64,000 bases of DNA, from the NCBI GenBank assembly GCA_965649825.1, contig OZ287695.1:186001-250000 (forward strand), in the 5' to 3' direction. The notes beneath the pieces were generated by a model. That model had not been told where the DNA came from, ran no database searches, and saw only the letters and a program-made list of their open reading frames with translations. This document shows, in pieces, positions 34,925 to 46,371 of the stretch (position 1 is the first letter of the stretch; the number at the start of each line of letters is the position of its first letter). The stretch is from Penicillus capitatus (Eukaryota > Plantae > Chlorophyta). A program made the translations under genes and the position numbers.

Positions 34925-37900
34925 ATGGATTCTCCCCATAGAAGTTGTCGCAGCCGACTGGTGTCGAGGAAAACGAACAACGGAATTGTCAAAGCGATAC
35001 TCCTCGTCTTTACCGTCACGTGGCCTACGGCTTACGCCGGTGTCGGTTTTCGCTTAGGCGGCACAGGTAACATCTTCTTCTTCGAAGATAGCGCTGACGG
35101 TGACGCTCAGAGAGAGGGAAAACGTCTCCCAAAAACTATCGCCCAAACATTCTAGCGGCACGTGCCCGACTCGACATCAAATCCTCCTGATTGACGTGTA
35201 CTGACTGCGCTGTCCAGGGAATGGATGTGACCGAAGGAAGATTTCCTTACGTGTGTGATTTGACTTATCTGACAGCTGATGAAGAATACGTCTGTACTGG
35301 AATTCTGTTTCGTCAGAGGTGGGTGATTACGGCCGCACATTGCGTCGAACCAGACGGAGAACAGCCCATCGGACAAACCCCTACCGTACGATGCGGCTTC
35401 AGCGACCTCTCCGAACAAGACTTGGCACCAGTAAGCGTTCATCCGTCGTGAGCGTGTCAAGACGCCAAAATGGCACCTGTTTCAGACACGAAGCACCGTA
35501 TCGACTTTTGCACACGAATCGCGTTTGCAGAATATGCACCATGACTATGACATAGCCGTGCTCGAACTGGACGATCCCATCAACCTTGCCGAGCCTATCT
35601 TAGCCCGTCAAGATTACGACTTCGACACGAGTCAAAACTTCACAGCTGTCGGCCGGGGAAAAACGGAAACTGGCCAATATCCGAATATCTTGCAGATGGC
35701 GACTGGAATGTCTTATATGGCGCCGACGAAATGCAGCAAACGTCTGGAATATGAAATCAAGGATGGAATGCTTTGTGCTAAGTCACTGGACCGTAAGCAG
35801 GGAATTTGTGACGGTCAGTCAGCGCCTCATCCGTCTTCTTCTCTCTAAACATACTGGTGGACCTTTTAGGAGATTCTGGAGGTCCCTTGCTTATTCCGGA
35901 CAGCACGAATGGCAATATGAGCAATGGAAATCCAAGACGAGATCGAATCGTCGGCATCGCCTCGTTTACTCGGGGAGTATGCTCGGGTAAGAATCCAACT
36001 GCTTACACGAGCATCGGGTACTTTTTGCCCTGGATTACGGCCGTCATCGATCAGGTTGTCAGCTCGAATGGTCATGACATCTGTTTTCCGAAACGTACGT
36101 GTTCGCGTCGCAGAATGTCTATCCGAGCAGTGCACGCAAACGAAGTCTCGATCAAGAAGAGCAAAGCGCGACAAACGTCTATGACAGGACGCAGATCGAG
36201 GTGAGGCATGCGTATCCAAAACCGGACGAAAAACAAGACGCTTCTGTCACCGAAGGATGCTATCACTCTCATAATAGAAGACGACGACGTGGGACTGAAG
36301 AAAGTCCTTAAAAAGGGTCTCTATGTCGACGCTGTCTATCACAACGCCGAGCTGTCAGGGTATCCGATGGGGCCAGAGTCAACACTGATCCACTGGACGG
36401 CGGCATACGATGCGAAGAAATGTGCAAAGGTGTGTCGCAAAACAACGACCGTCGCCGTTGGAAGCGCTTCCCATAATTGAGCTGTCTTGTTATATCGCGA
36501 ACCTTCCTCGCACTCTGCTATGTTCTTCTCAGGTTCTTGTAAAACACGGCGCGGGAGTGGACCGCGTGACCGCTGACGGAATAACGCCCCTGCACGTCGC
36601 AGCTTTTTTCGGATCTGTTTCCGTGGCAAAGGTTGGTACAACCATTGAAGAAATAATAAAGAATTCCTTTGCCGACAAGATTATGAGGGAATGCCTTTGT
36701 TAGGTCCTTATTGAGTTCGAGGCTAGCGTCAATGCAGCAGACGCGATTGGGGCAACTCCACTGCATACAGCAGTAGAGTACGGCAACGACAGTGTGGTCA
36801 AGGTATCGATGACGCCTTGCTTCAGACCTCCGCCTCACTACAAAGACGTGAAGGTGCTCGTTGAAAATGGAGCTGACGTCGACGCCGTTGACGACGGCAA
36901 GTGGACGGCGTTGCATCATGCTGTGTACTACGACCGCCTCGAGATCGCGCAGGTCGGTATTGGCCATTGGCGGGCGCCCTGCCTGCGCTGCGTACATCTC
37001 CGACACTTCTTCCATAGATGCTTGTCGACAGCGGTGCAGACATTGCTGCGCGAACGAATCAACGCTGGACTGCGGCGCATGTGGCCTCGCGATATGGACG
37101 TACTGACATCACGAGGGTGATCCTTTGTTCGCTTTTGGTTTCTTGATTACGAAAGTCATCCGACAGGTTCTACTCGACAAAGGTGCCGACGTCAAAGCCG
37201 TGACAGAGTCTGGACGGACGCCTCTGCATCTCGCGTCGTTCGGTGGGCATCTTAACACAGCAAAGGTGCATCTACAATGCGCGTAGCCCATCTCTGGTTG
37301 CAGTGGTGAATTCGACAGGTGTTGTTAAAGAACGGTGCAGAGGTGAACGTTGCTGACGCCATTGGACGGACGCCACTTCACGAAGCAGCACGTAGCGGTC
37401 ATTTTGCAACCGCTGAGGTCGCCGTCTTTCTCTTTCGCTTTGTGGAGTTCGTCTGTGTTTAGATCTTGGTGCGTGAAGGGGCAGATATCGACCGAGTCGA
37501 CAACGAATTATGGACGGCTCTGCTTTTTGCATCCCGTTACGGAAACGTCAAGATCGTCGAGGTCTCCTTTGCCACTTTTTGTGACTGTGAATGATCAGAT
37601 GACGACAACAGATGCTGATACGTAAGGGGGCAGACGTTGATGTCATACGGACAGATGGATCTACTGCGCTTTGCATGGCATCAATTTTCGGATACAGCGA
37701 AATTGTGAACGTAATACTTGCTTCGTCTTATTTTTGTGTTACGAGGATCATTCAACAGGCCTTAGTAGAAGAGGGTGCTGCCGTCGATGTTGTTCTAAAA
37801 AACAGCGGCACCCCACTCCACTTTGCATCATTTAACGGACACCTGGAGATAGCGAAGGTGATCGACGTTGTGCTCTTTCTTCTCCGGCAGTAGAACGCAT

Positions 37901-39969
37901 CTGTCGACAGGTTCTCATCGCTGGAGGCGCGAATGTCGACGCCAAAGTCTTTGACGAATGGACGTCACTTCATTTGGCGTCGCGTTATGGACATCTTGAA
38001 ATCGTGAAGGTGAAGAAGATTCGCTTTCGCTTTCTCCTCCGTAGACACCATTCTACTGCAGGAATTGCTTGCCGAGGGTGTCGATGTCGACGTCTTGACG
38101 GACAAGGAGTGGACACCACTTGTACTGGCGGCTTCCTCTGGACATTACAAAATAGTGAAGGCAAGTATAATCTCTCCACTAGGACTCGCCGATCAACCAT
38201 ACACTTGCTAGGCTCTTTTGAAGAGTGGCGCAGACCCTGATATCGCAGATGACTATGGATGGACTGCACTGCATTACGCCGCACGTGAAGGATACTTCGA
38301 GATCGCAAAGGTTACCCGTGTCTTTCGAGCCTTTTGGAAAACGTGGCTTCGTTGACAGATACTACTCGCCAAGGGAGCGGATGTTGACGCTATAACGATC
38401 CTAAGTTGGACACCACTTCATGTCGCATCGTCATACGGACATTTGGCAATCGTGAAGGTCGTTTGACTGCTTCCCAATTCCTACCTCTACTGAAGCTTCC
38501 TGGCAGATACTAGTTGCAGCGGGAGTAGATGTCAATGTTGGAACATACCTTCGAAAGTCGCCGCTACATTTAGCGTCAGAATCCGGACACTTCGAGATCG
38601 CGCAGGCACGTCCAGTTTCCTTGCGCCCTCGCTGAGATTGTTTCGTAGTTTCTGTTGGAAAATGAGGCGAACCCGAATGCTGCCAACCAGTTTGGATGGA
38701 CTCCTCTTCATAGTGCTGTAGAAAATGGCCGTGCAGAGATCGTCGCGGTAAATCATCGACCTCCGACTTCCTGTCTCAGTAGAGGATTGCTGTCAGATTA
38801 TGATTGCTGCGGGAGCAGATGTTAACGCAACAACGGGAGATGGGCGGAGTCCGCTCCTTAGGGCTTCAGAAGAAGGAGATTCTGAGACTGCACGGGTAGA
38901 CAATTTTCTCTTCTGTCTGCCCTGATCGAGGTCATTCTTCAGATTCTTTTGGATAACGGCGCTGACGTAAATGCCTATGACTCAGAGGGAGAGACTTCAC
39001 TCCACAAAGCGGGAACACGTGAAGATTTTGACCTTGCAGAGGTCTGCCTGCGTCTGTCTCTACTCGTGCTATCCAGAACAGTTTCTTGACAGCTTCTGAT
39101 CGAAAGAGGAGCGGATGTCGACGCCAAGGATGACGATGGCTGGACTCCACTTCTTATAGCATCGGATTATGGATATTTCAAGATCGCAAAGGTAAGACAG
39201 GGCGTCACCCGGTTGGTTAACCTAGGAGATCGTTCGACAGGCTTTGTTGGACAATGGGGCGGATGTAAATTTGGCAATGAGAGGTTTCACTCCGTTGTAT
39301 TTTGCATCAATCGAAAATGCCGACATTGTGGAGGTGGGTTGGTCTTTGAGATCATGCACGTTTCAGCGATTACGGATATTCTTAACAGCTTCTGTTGAAC
39401 AATGGTGCGGACGTAAATGCCACGGACAGATACAAACGGACAGCACTTCATGAAGCAGCACAGAGTGGAGAGGTTGAAATCGTAGAGGTCATCTTTCGAC
39501 GTTTTAGCTTTCGGCAGCAGAAATGCGAAGATGTAGGTTTTGATAAGCAAAGGAGCAGAGATCGATGCTACTACGGAAGAGAATTATACACCTCTCTTTC
39601 TGGCGTCGCAAAGTGGATACTGCGATACTGTGAAAGTCGGCCTCTCATTTTCCTTTCTGTACCATGTCCACTGTTTTTTGCAGGTTTTGATCGACCACGG
39701 TGCGGATGTCTGTGCTGTCGATAGCTTCAAGCGGACAGCTTTGCACCACGCGGTTTCCCGTAATTATCTCGATGTTGCGCAGGCAAAGAAACTGTTGTTT
39801 CTGATGCACGACTATTGATCACCTGCGACCTTAGGTCCTTGTTGCTGCCGGGGCGTCCAAGTCTCGCAAGAACAAGGAAGGGAAAACACCTCTAGATGTC
39901 ATCCCTTTTGCGTGTCACGGTTGTTCGAAACCAAAACTAGCAGCTCTGAAGAAACTCCTGACAGTTTGA
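34925..39969 (+). CDS. Trypsin-like serine protease fused to 22 single-exon ankyrin repeats (T4)
   Basis: The N-terminal hydrophobic segment precedes TAAHC, DYDIAVL and GDSGGP. A linker exon leads to a 174-nt N-cap exon (36256-36429), 22 ankyrin exons (36533-39782) and a terminal exon (39835-39969) starting VLVAAGASK. The frame is continuous when spliced. Confidence 0.92.
36533..39782 (+). repeat. 22 single-repeat ankyrin exons of T4
   Basis: Exon starts are 36533, 36704, 36854, 37018, 37167, 37319, 37463, 37612, 37759, 37911, 38062, 38212, 38359, 38507, 38649, 38797, 38943, 39093, 39241 (93 nt), 39389, 39537 and 39684. The other 21 are 99 nt and all are phase 0. Confidence 0.93.
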
Positions 39970-39999
39970 TTTCTCTTTCCTCCTAAATGAAGTGCAGAC

Positions 40000-42290
40000 A
40001 AAAGTTACTCTGACCTACACCCAGCTGTTTCTTTAACACCCCTACCTCCGATCCAATCTTGTGTCGTCTTCGAACGTGGTCCCGGATCCAGGATACCGAA
40101 GTTCATCCCTCAAGAACGGGCTCCTTAAATCGGCAGCAGGGGATGTGAATGACTGATCACCTCTCTCATCCTCTGAGCAAAGGAAGGCTACGGATCTGTA
40201 TCGTCCCTCGTCTTTCCTTATAGCTCAGCTGCAGGCACAAAGAACGAGTGGTGTATCTGTGCTCATTTGAAGCCTATGTGTTGATGTGACATCTATAGGG
40301 GTAGAATCTGCGCTTCTTCACTTGTGGAAATCAAAGAGGGGCCCAGCATCATCATCTGCAAACTGTGGTGGATGATGACACGCATCCAATCTTGCGTTAA
40401 CACTGTCCAGAAAAGCACGGATATCTAAAAGTGAAGTTAAAGTCGAGTGCTTTTCAAGTTAGAAGAATCCATCAAGTTAGATTGTATGGACTCCTGCGCA
40501 AACGCCGATGGGTCGCCTTTCTCTTTGACGGACTCGTTCTTCATTCCTCCTCCGCTACCTGCCACTCATACAAGACGCGTTGAAGGTCTCATCCGTTCGA
40601 TGTTGAGGAGTAAAGGGTGCGCGGGGACTCAAGACAGAGAACTACGTACCGGTAAGGGTGTCTAGTCGCAAAGCGATGTTTGCGGCCATCGGGGGGTCGA
40701 ACGTGCTTTGATGTGACGTCGTCGATCCTTCACCTCACTTTGGTTCGATCTACCTACAGTACGACACGGATATCACACTTTTGCCTAATAGGTGGCGCAC
40801 ATTATCTTGCTGCGCATCCAGGGCATCATGCGGTCCAGAAAATGGACCGGCGTCAGCATGAGAGTCCGCCTAACCATCAGACATTGCTCCGCCAAACCGA
40901 GACTCTCTTCCAAAGGAGGATCAGTCTCTTTTCCCCGGATCCTGACAGACCATTTCGTTGCAGCTGATCGCATGAGGATGGAGCAGTTCGTTCACATTGA
41001 GTGATCCTCGTCTTCGCATCGATTAAACGTCCGTGAACAACTGTCCAAGATTGATTGACCAGGCACACTCATCCAGGTGCTTCTGAAGAGAGCTGTCGAT
41101 GTCAACATGCGATGCAGCGATGGAAAAATGCAGAATGCTCAAAAAGAAAGGCACCATTGAGGAATTGATGGACTTGGAAGAGTGAGAAAATGTGATCGTC
41201 GTCCATCGATATCTGCTGGCTCCTGGATGAGGTTTTCACCTCTTGGATGCGCTGCAGCGAGAGATCAATCGATCCGGCATTGCGATGTGTCCGGTATCTC
41301 TCTTGATACTTCCTGGCAGCTTCCTACGGTCACACTTCCCTAATGACGCGGATCGAGCCATGCTGTCAGCAAAGCTAACAGCCGAATGTCCAAAATGGAA
41401 CCTCGTACGTGCTTCGACCACTCCAATCGCTCTTCTGTCATCAATCAGATGCGGCCGGATTCAGTCGAGAGACACCCAGCCGTTGTTCAGAAACTACAAA
41501 GAGAAACTGTGCAATCATCAGCACCTGCTGTGTGCGTGGAAAGGCTTCAGGAAAATTGAAAGCGTTGCCGGTTCTCTCTCTTTGTGATGACTTCCATCCG
41601 TCACTTTACATCCCAGCTCTATTAGCTACGAAATGTCACCATAATCGTAAATTTCAGTTGATGGGATCGGTGGAAATGGGTCATGGCGGTCGAATGCGAT
41701 GCAATTTGCATGAAACGATAATCATATCGCTATTTTCGCGAAACGACGTTGCTGCTGTTGCGTCGATGCAGCAGACGTCGAAACTCGTGTGGTTCGTATG
41801 CGAACCATTCGGCGGAGCAGAGCGAAGAGGAGCACATTAAGGAACATCGTGTTTCTGCTAATGTCGATGGCCGCTGATCATTTCCGGCGAACCGTCGAGT
41901 GCATTGTCGCTGTGGAGTTCGGATAAAAACTGAGCATCTGACAGAGTGGCCTATCTCAGAACAGCTTCAGTGACGGCAGCACTGTTTGAACGGAATTGGG
42001 TCCTTCGACACTTCTCATTGGCATCAAATGCTATACGGCCGATTGTGAAGCCCGGTGGACTAAAGCATGGAGGGAGGCCTGGGAAATCAGTTTCGCAGAG
42101 TACTGTGCTGTAATCGTGGATCGTGACCCCACTCCCAGTGGTGGAAGGATGTGTTTGGCTTGCCGAGAGATAGCGTTGTTGAACTAATGCAGCTGATCCG
42201 GAGACAATCAAGATTTGTCCCGTCGATGGGTCTATGAGCAGAAGTCCTGTCGACTGAGGAATGGATTCTTCGGTGGGATACTCGACATGA
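40000..42290 (-). pseudogene. Possible decayed, intron-containing gene of unknown family
   Basis: Several GT...AG blocks of about 50-75 nt separate protein-like stretches (e.g. AATKWSVRIRGKETDPPLEESLGLAEQCLM, YKSHVEYPTEESIPQSTGLLLIDP). Stops interrupt them and no family was recognised. Confidence 0.3.
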
Positions 42291-42300
42291 GATTTGTATA

Positions 42301-42937
42301 CATCTGCCGACGCTGGCGAAGGGGTGCGTCGACGAATACAATGGTGTGCGTGCAGAGCGATAAAGGCGATCGGTCGCATTGTTTCAGCTGTGCCGCAATA
42401 CGCCGACGATTATCTGCCGACGCTGGCGAAGGGGTACGTCGACGGACACGAAGACGTGCGCTATGCTGCAAGAAAAATTTTGGAAAGTGTAAAACCTAGA
42501 GAGACTATTCCCTCGGCAATATCATTTACATCCACTAATAAAAGAAGATCTTTATTCTTCTTCATGCAAAACTCATACACGTAAGGTCTCCCTACAAAAT
42601 CTAAAACGCTTCCCTTTATCTTGCATACAACTTCTTCACAAGCGATTGGAAAATGGGACAAGGAAGCTATCGATGTGTTTATCGAGAAGTTGAGACAAGA
42701 GTGTTGATATACGTGAAAGCGGGCGCAAAAGTAGAAAGTAGTCTTTTTTACAGAATGCGAGAGTTTTTTGCAAAACACCGTTTTAGACTACGCAGCATGA
42801 CGTCATGATGCCATCATGCTTCTTGTAATGATGCGACTGGTTCTTTTTCCTTTCTTCTTCCCACTTCATCGTCAGGTCCACGACAGTGTGATGAGGAGTT
42901 TCCCGGGCTTCTAGAGAACATTGGTATCAAAGAATAG
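42301..42937 (+). pseudogene. 5'-truncated relic of a NACHT-HEAT paralogue (last ~1.5 HEAT repeats and C-terminus)
   Basis: It has a 111-nt repeat (42301 vs 42412) and a 3' end nearly identical to 27980-28164. It carries a frameshift, a premature TAA and an insertion. Confidence 0.88.
42705..42885. mobile_element. 181-bp solo-LTR-like insertion
   Basis: It is absent from the paralogous site at about 28113, has TG...CA termini and is flanked by a direct repeat GTGT (42701-42704, 42886-42889). Confidence 0.75.
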
Positions 42938-42946
42938 GTTGGAAGC

Positions 42947-43152
42947 TGACGGGTACGCGAGAACGGTTCTGGCCCTACGGACCGGACAGACTGTCCGCTT
43001 CCTGACGTGACAGGAGTCCGCGTGGGCCAGGGGTATTTATGTGACAGGCCGCACCATGCTGTAGTCTTTGCATCGACTCAGCACCGTCTCTTCCGACTTC
43101 GTGTACGCGTCGGCGCGTTCGCGTCGCGCCAGTTGTCTGCGTATCCCCGACA
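42947..43152. mobile_element. 206-bp solo-LTR-like insertion
   Basis: It is absent from the paralogous site at about 28169 and has TG...CA termini and a 5-bp TSD GAAGC (42942-42946, 43153-43157). It also has imperfect terminal inverted repeats and an internal TATTTAT at 43034. Confidence 0.85.
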
Positions 43153-44119
43153 GAAGCACATGTTATTTTGTTCGTTTACGAGTATTCGATTGCAAACGAT
43201 TCTACATGTCGATTGTCTGAGCTATTCTTCCAAACTCTTCCACAAGGAAGCGTTAGTTGCCTATTCTCTCACTGTTTATTTTTGAAGGACCGTAAAACGC
43301 GTGTTCTACTCCTCTCTTTCTCAAATTTCAAGTCAAAGTGGACGTTGTGCTTGGTGTGTCGTATCATGGGCTCGATGTTCTTTCAAAGGTCCGTACGTTT
43401 AAAGAACCGCTCATTGTTTGAGACGAAATAAAGTTTCGAAAGTATAATTCTTGAATCTGTCTGTTTAGGTTGCGCTTTGCTCGGCCGGATGGAAAACGTA
43501 TTTTTCTTTGACGAGTGTGCGAATTTTTACAGATTCGTGTCTTCGCACAAAATGTCATTTGCTCTGCATGTTCACGAAAACCATTAAGGATTATCGATTG
43601 TGGGGATTAGTCGCATGTTGCGCACAGTTTGAAAGATCGAGTCACTCCGCGTTCGCGTCGTCTCGCGATCGAATTCTATTCGAACGCTAACGGAATCCGA
43701 CGTGACGTGTCGATGAGCCACAGAGAATAGATCGTCGAAAAGATTTGGTTTGCATCACTTGAACAGACCGAACGAAGTTCACTTATTCAATCTACGTTTC
43801 GTGTTCATTCGCGGCTTACAGGAACGAACGGGCTCTGCACGTCAAGGAACCTACCCGACCAGAGCAGGTTTGCGCGCACAAGTTTGAACATAGTCAGTCT
43901 TATGTGGACATACGTCGCTGTTTGCCTGTTCGTCAGTGAAAGGTATCTGAACACGAAGACTTCCGTTTCTACACCGCGTTCGCGGATTCCGATCTGCGAC
44001 GGTTCTCGCCCGAAAGCCCCTACTCCGAGCTGCTTTACCGAGGACACCCGCCCTGCGACAGTCCGAAGGTCAGCATCGGCATCCTTCCGGAGGACTGCTG
44101 AGCGTGTGACGTGTACAGA

Positions 44120-45528
44120 ATGGGAGGCAGATTGGCGAGCGTGATTCTTTTGATCCTCTCACTCTTCTGGCGCCCAGCATTCAGTGACACAGGTATCTGT
44201 ATGGCAGATAGCGTTTTCTGGCTAACAATATGTCTTCCCTACAGGGTCTGCTGTGAAATCGGACGGGCCGGACCAGTATGCGAACATTCGCAGAGTAAGA
44301 TAGATGACCGTGTTCTGCGGATTCTGCATGCTGAGGTATATCTTGTCTGCATGGACAGGGAGTGACTGTCAGCGGAGAACGCTTTCCGTACGTGTGCTAC
44401 GTGTCCGTCACCAAACGAACCTTCAGTCCTCCCGTTTCTTCGGGGCATTACTGTGCTGGAGTGCTGTACCGCAGAAAATGGGTGATCACCGTGGCGCACT
44501 GCGTCTACGAGGTCGATGGAATCGTCGTCAAGCCCACACCGACTGTCTACTGCGGCTTCAACGACCGTTACAGAAAGTACACAGCCCAAGTGAGCACTGA
44601 TGCGCGTGGAAGCGGACTGAGATCGGCGGTTCTGGTGGCAGTCTGCCAATGCGAAGAGAACACATCTGCACGATTCTTGGACGGGAGACAGGCTTGACGG
44701 CTACGACATTGCCGTGGTCGAGCTGGAGAAAGAGATAGATCTCGACGGGCCCGAGGTCGCCGATCGGGACGTCGAGTTCAACGACGATCAGAAGTTCGCG
44801 ACGGTTGCATGGGGAAGAGTCTCGGACACCAAGAGGGCTCGCTATCTGCAGATGGCCGACAATCTCGTCTACGTCTCGCCGGAAGAGTGCAGAGAGCACT
44901 ACGACGATCTCTCCACAGAGTCGCCTTGGATCTGCGCAAAATCGGCAGATCAGGAACAGGACAGCTGTCGCGGTCGAACACGCAGATCCGATTCCTTGTG
45001 CGGATGAAAACCTGTGTTGGTCGTTGCAGGTGACTGTGGAGGTCCACTGCTGATTCCTCACATGCCAGAGGGCGTCATCAAAGCGGGAGATCCGAAACGT
45101 GACTGGGTCGTCGGCATCAAAACCTACGGGATCATAGAATGTGACGGGAAGAATCCGGACGTCTACACCAGAATCGCTCCCTTTTGGGGCTGGATTTCGG
45201 GCATCATCGAAAAGGTGACGAATCTGAACCGCCACACGCCTCCGCGCTGGATGCGGTTCTTCGTTGCAGGATAAAGCTTCTACGAAGGAGAGGCGGGGAA
45301 CGACAGGACGTGAGGACGCACTTCCGCAGACTGCCGAAGACGGCGCGTTCTTCACTGTAAGTCGCCGGCAGGATGAGTGAGCTGTTTGTGCAAGAGGCGT
45401 GTGATCAGGAAACAGTCAAGTCCGCGGAGAGAGACGACGGCATAAAACCGGAAGCAGCTCGTACGAGTGGTTCGCATTTCGAGGATACTAGTCAGCATGG
45501 CCCAGAGAGGATCGTGGAGATTGCATAG
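44120..45528 (+). CDS. Secreted trypsin-fold protein T5 (near-identical duplicate of T2) with GDCGGP
   Basis: The exon structure matches T2, with TGT at 45035-45037. The tail is 15 aa longer than that of T2. Confidence 0.88.
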
Positions 45529-46371
45529 TCAGACATGCTTTGTTACGATCCCTGCCGATTGCTTTCGGACGGCAGTCGATTCTTCGATGCATCGCCTTTT
45601 TCTGTTTTGGATTCGCTTCAGTGGCTCTAAGAGTGGCCATCAGAGTTGCGGTGTCGGTCTCTGCTTTTCAAGAGAGGGTTCTCAGTGTCGTCTGAGTGCT
45701 GTCTTGGTGGTTTTTCAGACGAACGATTTTATTATTTGTTCGCTCTATCTGAGAACGGAGGTTCTAATGTCTTCCCTCGGCATTGAGAACATTGGCCAGG
45801 CGATGCAGATCAAATCCGTTTGAGACCCAGACGGGAGAGATCGAGTGCGACAATACATGCCAATCATTACCGACTATGAATGGAAGGGTAGGAGATAAAG
45901 TCATGTGAGTTGCAGTCGACGCGCTCTCAGCTCTATAAATCATATGGCAGACGCCAACATAATGATCGATTGAAACACTTCTTCGTTGTTTCTGGCCTGA
46001 CAACTTCAACATCTTCCGTACACTGTTGCTACAGTCGCAGGCACCGTTACAGAGATATAACGTAGGGCGTTGTGACAGCTGTCACTCATTAGCAGCGGGG
46101 AAGAGTGTGTAACACAATAGGAGATCGAGTGCCATGTAACAGCAAGTCTTTGTGAACAACTGTCTGATCCCAATACGACCATGATGCTACTAATAGAAAC
46201 TGAACGGGTGATTGTAACCATTTATCGTTGCTGCGTTCCTGACCTTAAGCTTGCTTGTGCGTCACAGCACGTTATTTGGAAAGTCGCGGTTCAACAGCAA
46301 TTCCTCGAAGAAAGCCGAGAACGAACGAACGTTTGCGTAACATCGTTCTAAAGGACACGAAGGTCACTGCG

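Noticed and set aside
36533-39782. CRISPR-like or DGR-like array suggested by the regular ~150-bp period
   Set aside because: There are no identical direct repeats, cas genes, reverse transcriptase or template/variable repeat pair. The period is explained by 99-nt exons plus short introns.
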